Positions 1 through 13,740 of a stretch of DNA of 64,000 nucleotides are shown here, piece after piece. The notes below the pieces were generated by a model, which was not told the DNA's origin, searched no databases, and worked only from the letters and a program-made list of their open reading frames with translations. The translations under genes were made by a program, and so were the position numbers. Origin of the DNA: the human T2T-CHM13v2.0 reference genome, Homo sapiens; the NCBI RefSeq assembly GCF_009914755.1, contig NC_060925.1; one strand, written 5' to 3'. Each line of letters begins with the position of its first letter. Within the stretch, counting starts at the first letter, position 1.

Positions 1-819
1 GAAGATCTCCACCAGCTGACATGTAGGGCTCTTTCATAACTTCCTTTTGCCGCCAAAATGCCTCTCCTCCTTCAGTTCTTCAGAAACCAAAGGCAAGTGC
101 TATTCAGATGTATGATCAATGTGGTCATTTGTTAGAAAACCAGGAGAGGGGAGGGACCAAGAAACTGAGGGGAATTAACATCATTCAGGAAAGTGGAGCT
201 TTCCAGAAGCGTAGCACATCTATTTTATTTTTAAAAGAAGAGGGTGCTTTGTGTGGCAATGGGAATGCTTTGGTCCACAACTTTGGTCCAGGGGTATGCA
301 GCCCAAGTCCTCCCTTCTAGAGTTCTAGAGTTGAAAACTTACCTCGCTGGCTTAGAAACTGAGAGAATCCTGCTGTCATTTCATGTCTGCCACCTCCCCT
401 TTGAACTACCAGTGACCAGACTGCAGCCGTGTCTCTGGTCCCTATGCTCAGCAGAGCTACGTACATCATTAAGTAGAAAGAGACAGCAGTTCTTTTTAAC
501 TGAGTGGATGGAAGCCACGCCCAAACAAGGATATGATCCCTGGGCAGGCACTAGGTGGAAGCAGGAAGATGCTGTACGAACACCTTGCAGTATGGCAGAA
601 CCAACCCGAAACATCTTTAGTGGATTCGCAGACAGCAGCCCTACTTGGCAGCCAACATAGGAACCCTTCAATAAACACCCCCAAACTCAGGTGGTCAATA
701 TGCCAATCATGACCCACCAATGGGCAGGGCCTGAGCTGGTCCTGCTGCCACAGCCTCAGGGGATGGTGAGCTGTGCTACACAGCCTCTCTCCTTCCTGAC
801 ACCTTGCTTCTGCAGGCTG

Positions 820-1200
820 GACAGTGTGATATCATGGGGAAAACTGGCTTTGGAGTCAGAAAAAACTGGGTTCAATTCCTGGATCCAGCCCTTACTAGCT
901 AAATGATTTTATGTGAGGTACTCCCCCTCTGATTCCTTTGTTGCCCTTCCAAAACACCCTGCCTTGCACTTAGAACTTTACACTGCTATTGCTAGTTTGT
1001 AATTATCCTCAAGTAGACTAAGAGCTCCTTAACTGGCAGGCACCATATCAGGCTTACTCACAGGCTTATTCTCAGTGCCTAATATAGTGTATGGAACACA
1101 ACAGTGGCTCAACAAGCATATGTGGGTGAAAACCGAATCACTACCTCAAAGGACTGTTGTGGTTATGTGTAAAGAACCTGGTACAGTAGGCCATGATTTG
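820..1200 (+). mobile_element. MIR SINE fragments interrupted by an L2 3'-end fragment (~960-1130)
   Basis: MIR head-like 'ggctttggagtcagaaaaaactgggttcaattcctgg'. L2 3'-like 'tagactaagagctcctt...gtgcctaatatagtgtatggaacacaacagtggctcaacaagc'. MIR resumes at 'ctacctcaaaggactgttgtg'. Confidence 0.55.
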
Positions 1201-1591
1201 AGCCCTTAATTAATCTCATTTTCCTTAATCTCACCCAATGTCTCCCCTGATCACCACCTGAGTTCTGATGGAATTATGGCCATCCTTGACTGTAGCCCAC
1301 CAGATACAACGCATCAACCCCTCTGTCTAGAGAATAGGATCAGCCTATCTCTCATCCCACTTTTAGCATTGGTAGAAGGCTTTCTTCAAGAGGAAGAACC
1401 ATCCTGACTGAGCCAAGATGCTGCTCTCTAACCAGTCTGTTCTTTCCCATGCCCCATCCAACAGCCAAGGCTACTTTGAGTCAATGCCAGGATGGGTCAT
1501 ATCAAAGTTTCTGTGTTCCTCTGAACAGCATCTCCCTTTGGGGAAGGTCTGGAGCTCAATTATTTCCCTTCATCCTGGTTAACGTAATCAC

Positions 1592-2371
1592 TGTGGCATA
1601 ATTTTAAGAAATTTGATTTTTGTCCCTTGTTCCTGGCATAGAGCTTCCAAATCTCTTGGGATTCCCCCATTGATAGGAGTGTCTTTGTTACGCTAATGAA
1701 GTGACTCTTGGCAGGGCCCTGAGAGAGCTTCAGGATGGGAGCTGGTTACCAGAAAGACCAACCCTGTGATTAAAGGATTGGAACTTTCAGCCAGGCCCCC
1801 AGACCTCTGAGGAGATTCAGTTCAATCATGTGGTCAAAAGATTTAATCAGTGGGCCTACATTAAAACAAAAACAAACAAACAAATCTCTTGTATTAAAAA
1901 AACTCAGGACAATGAGGTTCCAGGAGCTTCTTGGATGGTTAACATATCAAGGACACCTAGGGACAGAAGAGGCTACTGTGGCCCACCCACCCAAGATCTT
2001 GCCACTCTGTGTATCTTTTCCTGGGCTGTTCATTTGTATCCTTTGTGATAAAAGGAACCACAATCTAAGTGTGGCACTTTCCTGAGTTCTGTGAGTCATT
2101 CCAGGGAATTCTACAATCAGAATGGGGTCATGGGAACTCACAAATTTGTAGTCAGCTGGGTAGAAGTGCAGGTAGTTTTGTGATACACAAGACTTGTCAC
2201 TGGGGTCTGGAGTGGGGACAGTCTTGTAGAACTAAATCCTTAAGTTGTGGGGTCTGTGCTTAACCTGTGTAATGTCAGATTGGACTGAATTGGACTAGAC
2301 TGAATTGAACTGAATTGAAGGACACAATTCAGTAGTGTCAGAGAACGGTGCTGAAGAATTGGTACTGAAAT
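1592..2371 (+). mobile_element. MER21-family LTR (solo, probably 3'-incomplete)
   Basis: Starts TG. Recalled MER21 motifs: 'gttcctggcatagagcttcc', 'agcttcaggatgggagctggttaccagaaagaccaa', 'ttcctgagttctgtgagtcattcc', 'gaattgaactgaattgaaggacac'. Confidence 0.8.
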
Positions 2372-2849
2372 GTAATCACAAATTCCACCTTTCACCACCC
2401 ACCCATGCCACCAAAGACACAGCATACATCACAACCAGGCCTATCTGACTTCAGTTCTGCTCAATACAGCTTTTTTGAGGATAGCAGCCACAGTCCCTGC
2501 TCTCAAGAAGCTCACGGTGTACGGTAAGAGATGACAACAGATAAATTCAATATAAAGTCATAATGGGTATGATACAAGATTGCAATGTATTACTGTACAG
2601 ACAGAGTGATAGAGATACATTCCTAAAAAGCAAAGCTAATTGATAGTTAATTCAAGTGTGTCTAGCTGTAAATCAACCCTCTATGAAAAGCATGGGGCAT
2701 TAACATTTTAGACATTACCATGGAGGTAGTGATGTTTTTGTTTTTGTTTTTTTTATAAAATGGTTTTTCAGAAGTTTGCTGAGTCAAGCTCTACTACATC
2801 ATTAACTTTTAATAATAATGTAAAAAAATTTACATATCACCTAATATTG

Positions 2850-3580
2850 TTCCATTCTGGTTGTCATCTTATTTGACATTCCCACAACAATGGGTGCAGC
2901 CAATCACTCCTGCCTCCTTGAAACACCTCTCCTCTTGGCCTCTCATTCTCCTAGACTTCTTCTCCCTCAATGCTCACTCCTTCTCAGTCCCTTTCACTGG
3001 TTCCTCTTCATCTAAATGTTGAGATCCCTCAAAACTCAGATCTCAAAGTTCTTCTCTTCTCTTCCCAAGCTCAATATTTAAGTACATCATCCATTCTAAT
3101 GGGCTTTAATACCATCTACATGATGTAATCTCTTAAATGCTTATCGCTAGCAGAGACCTCTCCCCTGAATTCTAGATTCCTTTATTGAACTGTCTACTGG
3201 ACAATTATGCTTGGGCGTCTAATTCATCTGTCAAACTTAATGCCCAAACTAACATCCTCCCAATTTTCTCTTCCTTCCACGTTTCTCATTTCAGTTAGTG
3301 GCAACTCCATCCTTCCCAGTTTCTCAGCCCCAAGCCCTTGGAGACATTCTCAATCACTGTTCTCTCATATGCCAAATCCAAACTCCTGCTAAGCTCCATA
3401 GGCTCTATCTTTAAAATCTAGGCAGAATCTGATGCTTCTCAGCCCCTCCACCACTTCCTCTTTGGTCTGAGCCATTTGCATCTTCAGTATTTTCTATTTG
3501 CATTCCCTTCCCAATAAGTGATCTTCAACCTAAAAACAAGAGTGAGCCCTTCAAAAAGCAAGTCAGATCCTGTCACTCAA
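2850..3580 (+). mobile_element. L2 LINE fragment (ORF2/3' region)
   Basis: Pyrimidine-rich L2 signature: 'cactcctgcctccttgaaacac', 'gacctctcccctgaattctagattcc', 'gcaactccatccttcccagtt', 'aagtcagatcctgtcactc'. Confidence 0.75.
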
Positions 3581-3588
3581 AAGTGGTT

Positions 3589-3620
3589 AAAAAAAAAAAA
3601 ATATATATATATATATATAT
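3589..3620. repeat. A-tract followed by (TA)n microsatellite
   Basis: Read directly from the sequence. Confidence 0.95.
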
Positions 3621-3624
3621 CAGT

Positions 3625-3785
3625 GTTTAGAAGTGAGGAAACAGGCTGAGAAAGGTTAAGTAAACAGTCATACCCTCAAGAAGTGGTAATTAGTAATCAG
3701 CAGTGGAACAAGGATGATTTAAGATTTAAACCTGACGCCATTTGAATCCAAAGCCCATACTCTAAATTATCACCCATCCTGCCAT
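3625..3785 (-). mobile_element. MIR SINE
   Basis: Antisense MIR core 'gaggaaacaggctgagaaaggttaagtaa' and 'gatttaaacctgac...tccaaagcccatactct'. Confidence 0.7.
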
Positions 3786-3804
3786 GAAACCATTTCATTC
3801 TTTA

Positions 3805-4104
<300 letters not shown>

Positions 4105-4189
4105 CCAGGAAACATTTGTATCCTAAGCCTTAGTGGAATTGAAATATACTACTTCACCCTGACAAGATTTTAAAAGTATAGACTCAATT

Positions 4190-4425
4190 CATGAATTCAT
4201 TCAACAAATATTGTTTGAGAATCTGTTCTATGCCTGGCAGTATTCTAGGACTGGGGATCCAGCAATGAAGACTAAAGACTATCATTACAGAGCTTATAGT
4301 CTAATGAGAGAGAGAGACACAGTAAAACAAAATAGATAATGTCCATGTGTTAAGCTTTAAAGAGTAATAAAGCTGGGTAAATAGATAAGGAGCAACAGAG
4401 AATGACTAGGGAAAGAAGTGGAGGC
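4190..4425 (-). mobile_element. L2 3' end
   Basis: 'attcattcaacaaatattg...tatgcctggcagtattctagg...agagcttatagtctaat' is an antisense L2 terminus. Confidence 0.7.
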
Positions 4426-4430
4426 AGGAT

Positions 4431-4776
<346 letters not shown>

Positions 4777-5059
4777 AATAGGCAGGATCTTCCTGATGCA
4801 CTGAAGCAAGAGCAAGAGGGCATAACTTAGGGGAATAACTTATGGGCGAGTGGAAGGAGTAAACATATCTAATGGTGAATGGTTAAGTTAGAGGCATTAG
4901 TTATGGTCTGCCGTGTAACCTGAAATAGATGCAGCCATAGTTGTTGTTCCTGAGGCATCAAAGGGAATGCTTCAAACATTTCACCATACATTAACCTTTT
5001 CCTCTATCAACAGACTGAAGTGCCTATAATAGGGCCTGGAACACAGTACCTGCTCAATA

Positions 5060-5235
5060 AGCCTTAATATCTGGGCATATGATATCTGCAACTTTGTTCT
5101 CCTTTGAAATAGTCTTCACTATTCTTGGATGCCTGCACTTTGGTATCCATTTTATAATCTGTCAAGTTATACACACAAACACACCCACACACGTTAGAAT
5201 TTTGACCTGGATTGCACTGAATCTATGATTTCATT
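5060..5235 (-). mobile_element. Old L1M ORF2 fragment
   Basis: Reverse complement reads 'catagattcagtgcaatcca...ggagaacaaagttgcagatatc', resembling L1 ORF2. Confidence 0.6.
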
Positions 5236-5254
5236 TGCAACGACAAAATTTATG

Positions 5255-6575
5255 ATGGTACCAAAAATATGTGTATATAGAATACACTCAAAAAAACACA
5301 TCAGTAAGAAAAAGAATGCAAATATAGGATGAAAGATATAAAGATAAAATTTAGAAGAGAAAACCTGAATGACCAATAAACATGAAAATAACCTAACCTC
5401 AGATGTATTCAGGGAAATGCAAATTAAAACAAAGATGAGGAATCATTCTTTACCCATCAGTTTGGCAAAAACTAAAATGTGTGACAATACTAAATGATTT
5501 AATTATTGCTTTTTACATGGAGCGTAGGAAACACTCATACCCTGCTGGTGGGTTATATGGATTGGAAAATCCACTTTAAAATATAATTTGGCAATATCTA
5601 GTAAAACTGAAGATGCATATACATAGTAAGATCCAGCAATCTGTTACTAGATATTCACCTTGTAATATCCTCTCACATGAGGCCAAAGGATAGAATAGTT
5701 ATTAAAGTTTTTTTTAAAAGCCCCATATTGTAAACTACCTAAAGTCTCGTAAACAGAAGACTCGGTAGATAAAATAGTTATATTCATTTAATAGAATTCT
5801 ATATAGCAGTTGAATAAACTACTTACATCAACATGAATGGAACTACTTATATCAGCATGAATAAATCTCACAGAAAATGTTGAGCCAAAAAGTAGAAAGA
5901 TATGTCTATGTTCAGTGTGAATCCATTTTTATAAAGTTCCAAAATACTTATCACCTAAAGTACATTTCATTTTAGGTACATAATATGCAATAAAAGTTTT
6001 TTAGAAACCCTCTTAGAAACATTAAACACAAAACTCAAAATACTGTTTTCCACTTAAACAAAAGTAGAACTACAGAGGGCTTTACTGGTGTCTGTAATAT
6101 TTTTCACTTCTTCTTCTTTTTTTTTTTTTTTTAAACAGGCTCTCACTGTGTCATGCAGGCTGGAGTGCAATGATATGATCGTGGCTCACTGCAACCTCGA
6201 CCTCCCAGGGCTCAAGCTATCCTCCCATCTCAGCCGCCAGAGTAGCTGGGACTATAGGTGTGCACCACTATGCCCAGCTAATTGTTTTGTATTTTGTTGA
6301 AATGGCATTTTACTATGTTGCTCAGGCTGGTCTCAAACTCCTGGGCTCAAGCAATCTGCCTGCCTCAGCCTCCCAAAAGGCTGGGATTACAGACGTGAGC
6401 CACTGCGCCCGGCCTATAATATTTTACTTATTAAAGAAAAAAAAAATCTGAAGCAAATAAGGTAAAATTTCAAGCTTTGCCAAAACTGGATAGTGACTGT
6501 ACTGATGTTTATCGTATTATTCTCTATAATCATCTGTATGCTTGAATTATTTATAATTAAAAAGCAACAATAAAA
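5255..6575 (+). mobile_element. L1ME-type 3' fragment (ORF2 end and 3' UTR), interrupted by an AluJ
   Basis: 'cagggaaatgcaaattaaaacaaagatgag', 'aatttggcaatatctagtaaaactgaagatgcatat', and 3' end 'ctgtatgcttgaattatttataattaaaaa'. Confidence 0.8.
6108..6414 (-). mobile_element. AluJ SINE
   Basis: Full antisense Alu ending 'cactgcgcccggcc'. Degenerate TSD: tgtaatattttt vs tataatatttt. Confidence 0.93.
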
Positions 6576-7469
6576 CATCAGAATGATTTTACTGGTTTGC
6601 AAGTGAGACTTTTTCAACATTCTGGTGGCCATCTGTAGAACTATATGGCCATTTGAATTGTCCCAAAATTATATTTCTGCTTCCAAGCAAAAGGAAACAC
6701 ATTGTTACTTTCATTGTTGGAAGAGTTGAATTTGCCTGTTTCCCATGTGAGGTCACCTCATGTTAAAGAAAAGTCTCTCAGTTGACCTCTGTCTGAAATG
6801 AGGGTTTCTGACATGATTTCCTAAGTCCATCTCCCCAATCAACAGTAGGGAAATATGCAAGATACTGGCTACTGTTGAAGAGTAATGGAGTTCTCAGCTT
6901 CCTTATTTGGTCTTTGTAATCAAGACTTGTTTATTGAAGCATATATTTCTCCTTCAGAACCCATGAAAAATATATGGTGATTGCATAGCCTTTCAAATTT
7001 CAGTTCTGAACTCAATGAACACCCACATAGTCTTTCTTGTGATTACAGATGATTTCTCTAGCAAGTTAAAATTGAGCTCTTTAACTCTCATTCTGACTTC
7101 TTATGCAAGCTAACAACTACTCTGAAATTGTGTAAGCTACCATTCAGAGATTGCTTTAACCATTTGTTTTGCTTTCAACATTGGCGATGTGCAAAAAAGA
7201 AAAATTTTCCCTGAAGATTACAACTACCACCCCTTCAGAGAAAAAAAAAAAAAACAAAACAGCTGCTAAAGATGTTAAATGAATTAAATGACAAGCTATC
7301 AAACGTACTTATCAGATTTTCAAAAAAAATGTCATTATGATAAGGAAATAGAATTACTAAAATTAAGTGGTTATATAGTAACAAACAAACATAATTTCTC
7401 ATTTTCTATTTTGGATTTGCTGTTAACAAACCCAAACATGCTATTTCTCTTTACTAAAAAAAGATTTCT

Positions 7470-7970
7470 GAAGTGAACGTAAACATGAGCTTTGAAGCCA
7501 GACAAACCACGGTTCATGTCACAACTTTGTGATTTTCTTTGTATTTTTTATTGATATGTCATAGCTTTACATATTTTGAGGGTACATATGTGATATTTTG
7601 ACACATATATATATAATGTGTAATGATCAAATCAGGGAAACTGGAATATATATCACCTCAAATATTTATCTTTGTGTTTGGAACATTACAATTCTTCTCT
7701 TCTAGCTATTTTGAAATATATAATAAATTATTAACTATTATTTTGCTACTGCAAATTATTAACTGGTAACTTCGTGAAGTCACTTAACTTCTCCAAATTC
7801 CAGTTTCCTACATTGTAAACTAGGAATAACACAAGTATCTATGTTATGAGAATCTGGGGAGGATTAACTGAGATAATGAACAAAAGTGAGTAGAAAAATG
7901 CTTGTCACATATTGAAGATGAATTAATAATTATTAGTATTATTAATAGTTGCAATAAATGTTAGATATTA
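7470..7970 (+). mobile_element. MIR split by an L1MA 3' end
   Basis: MIR head 'gagctttgaagccagacaaaccacggttc'. MIR core 'agtcacttaacttctcc...cagtttcctacattgtaaa...ggattaactgagataatg' resumes after the L1. Confidence 0.7.
7535..7752 (-). mobile_element. L1MA-type 3' terminal fragment
   Basis: 'gggtacatatgtgatattttgacac...aatgtgtaatgatcaaatcaggg...tcttctagctattttgaaatatataataaattattaactat'. Confidence 0.85.
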
Positions 7971-8179
7971 TTACCATCAGCTGACACACAATTGATATAT
8001 AGGCAACCTTGTTGCTATTTTCAATAGATCATCAACCAAGCATTCCTGATTTCTATATCTAAAATGTAAAATTAAAAAATTATAAAAGCGAAGCCCACAT
8101 ATACAAAATATTAGAGAACATTCTTTCCCAAAATTAGATTGAGCATAAGTATCTTCAAAATACTTGAGCTACAGTACAC

Positions 8180-8440
8180 TGAATACCTTCTCACTCTCCA
8201 AGACAAGGCTGGGAATTTCTTCTTCTGGGTATCCATAGTTAATACATTTATATTTCTAATACAGATATAACTATACTGTATTGTTACTTACTGGTTTTTC
8301 ATCTGCTACATATCTACTTCTTCCATTCCACTCTGAGCTTCATGAGACCGTCTCTTTCATGTCTGTACACCCTCTATCAAATACAGTACCTATCAAACTC
8401 TGGGTGTTCAATGAATATTTAATGAATGAGTAGGAATGAA
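8180..8440 (+). mobile_element. L2 3' end
   Basis: 'actctgagcttcatgagaccg...gtgttcaatgaatatttaatgaatgagt'. Confidence 0.6.
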
Positions 8441-8457
8441 AAAGAGAAAAGAAAACA

Positions 8458-8700
8458 AGTGCTTACTGATTACATGCTGTATGCCAGACACAGAGCTAAG
8501 CGCTTTACATATATCACCTGATCCAGTCCTCAGAACACTATGAAGAAGGGACTATTATTAACTGCATATTAAAGATGGAGAAACTGTTACTTAGAGATAA
8601 ATCATCCTTCAAAAGTATAGAAGTAGTAAGTGATGGTATCAGCTTTCAAGTTCACTTTCTTTTAATTCTAAAACCTTTTTTCTCTCTACTAATCTGTGTC
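8458..8700 (-). mobile_element. MIR SINE
   Basis: 'tgtatgccagacacagagctaagcgctttacatatatcacctgatcc...agatggagaaactg'. Confidence 0.75.
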
Positions 8701-9208
8701 ACCCAATGTGCAGAAGGAAGTATATTTGGGGAAAGGGCAGGCAAATAGGTACTTTTAGGATAAAGACCCTCAAGCATGGGACTCTAGAAGTGAAGCATAT
8801 CTGTTTCTGACTCATCCAGCCTCTTTTCTGATATCAGATTTCTAGCCCGCTATCTTTTTGCTGCTTCCCCTGAGGGTCAGACTTAGTGACTCTGTACTCC
8901 ATTTGTGGAGACCTGTGCAGCCTCTCTACTCTGCCTGGGCTGACCTCCCCAGATTTCAACTCTTGGTAGCTTAAACCTGAGGCTTCAGGTAAGCCTCTGG
9001 GTTCTAGGCTCTCTTCCCACCTTTCGTGGCCACTGCCGCCCATGCCCTATTAAGACATGTGATTCAGGGAATGGCCTATACTTTAGGTTTTTATATGACA
9101 TGCAAGACCAATAAGGAGACTAATTGTCTAGGGCTCTGACAAGGCCAAGAGCAATAAACCCATTATTATTCCTGCACCACCATACCACTTCTCAAAGGCA
9201 GTGGCCAC

Positions 9209-9233
9209 TTTTTTTTTTTTTTTTTTTTTTTTT
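9209..9233. repeat. T25 homopolymer
   Basis: Pure run with no adjacent Alu or L1 body. Confidence 0.95.
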
Positions 9234-9985
9234 GCACGAACCTCATTGAAATAGACAGGAAAGTCAGTAATACATGGTGATGATTTCTGTATTAGCTTCA
9301 TAGATATTCATGTATTTATTCATTCAATCAGTCATTTATTCAACATATATTTACTATGCAACTACTACCTGCAGGATATTCTGCTAGACAACGGGAATAC
9401 AAAAATGAGCAAGAGAGATGGTTCCTCCTGCCTCATGAAACTTACGTTCTCTAACACACTTTTGAGCTCTAACAGACTAAATGTATCTTAGAGATTATTT
9501 AAATGCACTCTTCCCAGTTTTAGGGAGAAAACCGAGACCCAGAAGTCAAACAGCTAGTAAATGGTAATTTCCCTCCCATCTCTCAATCCAAAGCTCTTTC
9601 CAATACACCAGATGGCGCCCATCTGAAGAGCAACATGTGAGCTGACATTTATTAGGCACCATGAAAGCAGAGACATTTCAAAAGGCCTGGCATTTGGGGA
9701 ATGGAGACTTTTAGACCTCAATTCCATTGTCAGCAGCTCCACCACAAGCAATGGAAACTAATTTGACAGTGTAGTAAAATTTCTTTGGAAAGACAGCAAG
9801 TGCCATATAAATTTTTTAGAATGGGATTGTCATTGGTATGACCATGTCCAGTAAAATGTTCAGCAGGCAGCTGATCCTTATGAGGAACTTCAGTCACCTT
9901 CCTTTCCCTCCTTGAAGGTTTTCATTGCATGATATGTTATTAGTAGAACTGTGTAGGCTGTCCTGAGAAAGGGAAACTGTTTTAA

Positions 9986-10888
<903 letters not shown>

Positions 10889-11501
10889 TCAATTTAGAAG
10901 AGAGGTAGAAAACCATATTAACTAACAACCACTCCAAGGTTAATGGTGTTGTGCAATCCATTGGAAGGATATTATTTTTAAAAACTACAGAAAGAATACT
11001 GTTCAATGTTGTTTCATTCAGTGAACATGCAGAGAGTATACACAAGAACCAGGTACTATTGCTTGTACAAATATGATTAAGAATGGCCCGACTCAAGGAG
11101 TTCACAGTCTAGTGTGGTAATACTACACGAGTGTACTTTAAAAGCATTCATGAGGCTTTAAAAAATATAGTTACCCAAGAATTTGAATCATAATGATTAT
11201 GGTCAGGACATGAAAATCCCTATTTTAGTAAGTTCCACAGATAATTCCAAGGTGAATTCATGAATATTCCCACCCTGACTCTCAGTGGTTCTGTGGCCTT
11301 GGGCATGTTATTTAACCTTTTGGAGCCTTAATTTCCATATTTATAAAGTGAGTATGGTGATAAAAATAAAAGATACTATTTTTTAGGTGTCAATAATTGT
11401 ATTGAGTGCTTTAGTTTTTTTTGTTTTTAATTTTTTCCATAAAATAACCCGATCAGGTAACTGCTATTATTAATAACTAATATAAACTAATATAAAGCAT
11501 T

Positions 11502-12081
11502 TGTATTAGTTTCCTGCTGCCATGTAACCAGTCACCACAGATTTGGTAGTTTAACACCCATTTATTGTTTCATAGCTCTGTAGGTCAAAAGTCCAGGCAG
11601 GCTCAACAAGGTTCTATGCTCAGGGTCTCACTAGGCCAAAATCAAGGTATTGACCAGGCTAGCTCTTACCTGGAGGCTCTGATAAAGAACCCATTTTTAA
11701 GTTCATCCAGGCTATTGGCAGAATTCAGTTTCTTGTAGCTGTAGGACTGAGCTATAGGACTGAGGTCCCCATTCCTTGCTGACTATGTGCTGGGGGCTCA
11801 GCCTATTTTTTCTAAAGTGACTCCCTCCATCTTCAAACCAGCAACAGCACATTGAATCTTTCTCTTGCTTTGAATGTCTCTGACGTCCTCTTATATCATC
11901 GGACAGAGACATTTCTGCTTTGAAGGACTTGCGTGATTAGATTAAGACCACCTGGATAGTCTCCCTATTTTAAGGTAAACTTTGCCCTGTAACATAACGT
12001 GATCACTCATCATATTCACAGATTTCAGGGATCAGAGGGAAATACCATTTGGGGGCCATTTGGAAAGTTTTGCCTAACACA
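11502..12081 (-). mobile_element. MLT1 (MLT1E/D-like) MaLR solo LTR
   Basis: TG...CA ends. 'tgtattagtttcctgctgcc', 'ttggcagaattcagtttcttgtagctgtaggactgag', 'gggggccattt...tgcctaacaca'. Confidence 0.85.
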
Positions 12082-12084
12082 GAG

Positions 12085-12420
12085 TTATGTCCAACAAAGT
12101 AAGTGAGAGGAGTCTCTGAATTTCGGTTGGACTCCCACTTTGCCACTTATTCTCTGTGTGCTTCTAGGCAAGTGATTTAACCTCTCAGATCTCTCTATCA
12201 TCAAAATTAAAATAAGGGACATTATTACCTAGTTTAGAGAATTTATGTCTGATACATAGTAGGTACACAGAAACTAATAGGTCTGACACAAGAGATGTTA
12301 TTTGTAGTAATGACAACATTTGCCTATTGAAGATTGCGATGTGGATTAAATGAGATAATGTACCTAATGGGCCTAGCACAGGGCCTGGTTCATAGATGCC
12401 TGATATATATTAGCTCCTTT
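12085..12420 (+). mobile_element. MIR fragments
   Basis: 'ggcaagtgatttaacctctc' and 'ggattaaatgagataatgtac...cctagcacagggcctgg'. Confidence 0.7.
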
Positions 12421-13119
12421 TCCTCTGGAGTGATTACGATTTAAATGATTGTGTAGCAGCTCTGTCAAGCATCACATTATCCATGGTGGGTGGAGAGGTA
12501 GATAAGAATTATTATTACTTGAATTTTACAGATAACTTAAGGTTCAAGTAACTTACTCAGTGTCCCTGGTTAAGTGAGAACAGAGACAAAGCTTGAATCT
12601 AAATCTGTCTCTGTCTCTAGTCCCATGTTTTCCATTCAAAACTTTAAAAAAAAAAAAAAAAAACAAGCTTCCTGCATATGGTTGAATCACATCTGTTGCA
12701 TCTACCACAGTAGGCACAAAGGAATCGCTTGCATTTTAATCTCCTTAACATTAAACTTGAAGAATAATGTAGACGCATCACAATGTGAGCATCCCACCTT
12801 GCTGCAGTCTGCATAGCTCAGAATTTATGGTCCACTCCATTAGGAGCATACACAGAGCCTGTCAGCAATATCGGTTGAAATTGAAAGCAGCAGTCTCTTT
12901 ATCTCCTGACCTACGTTATTCCTAAAATGATTAACTCATACTTGGGGGTGGTACCCTGATATCTAGTTTAACATCTTGAGTTCAAAGGTATTTGGCTCTG
13001 GATGCTGAGTGATCACCCAGAGTTTTACAGAAAGAAGACGAGAGCAGAATTGGACTGGGTACCCAAAGGCTTTTACGGAGTTCATTAATCCTCATTTGGC
13101 CTAGGGAGATAGTTTGTTC

Positions 13120-13740
13120 ATCATTCATTCACTACCTGCATACCAATTTATTCCTTGGTGCAGGATCTGTTTATTTAACATGTAACTTTCAACTTCCTCC
13201 TTTGTCAGAAGCAGGGGATTCAAATGTGACTAACCCACAAACTTGGGCAAGACCACAAGCTCACAGTTGAGTAGGGGAAGAAACATGTAAAGATGAAGAT
13301 CACTTCGGCCGGACCTGAAAAGCGCTACAGGAGAGTTACAGGAGCACAGAAAAGAAGGGGCCAACTTGTAGCAGACATTTAACTGGGGCCTTGAAGGACA
13401 AGCACAAAGAACGTGAAAAGGAGGGAGGGGGTTACATTCTAGGCAATGGGCTAGAAGAACGAACTTCAAGGCATGACTGAAAAATGGTGAATTCAGTATA
13501 CCAGTAACATTAATGGGACATGGGACAGGGATGACACAGGAGAAACAAATCAACAATGCCTTTTTACGTCATGCTACAGAGCTTATCTTTTCTTCTCATG
13601 GGCAGAGGAAGCCAACAACTGATTTTCATGTAGAATGAGAAATCTTGATATATGAGAGTAGAACACATCACTCTGAAACATCACTCTGATGCCATGGTAG
13701 AGCAAGTCAAACTGAAGGGGCAGAGAGCTGGTGGGAGACT
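13120..13740 (-). mobile_element. L2 fragment
   Basis: Purine-rich antisense L2 pattern: 'agctcacagttgagtagggg', 'gacatttaactggggccttgaagga', 'cattctaggcaatggg'. Confidence 0.6.

Noticed and set aside
244-660. 138-aa ORF on the + strand
   Set aside because: Non-ATG start, no recognisable domain, and a length within chance expectation.
8980-8995. CAG|GTAAG as a recursive splice site (similar motifs at ~10731 on + and ~39455 on -)
   Set aside because: No upstream polypyrimidine tract at any of them.
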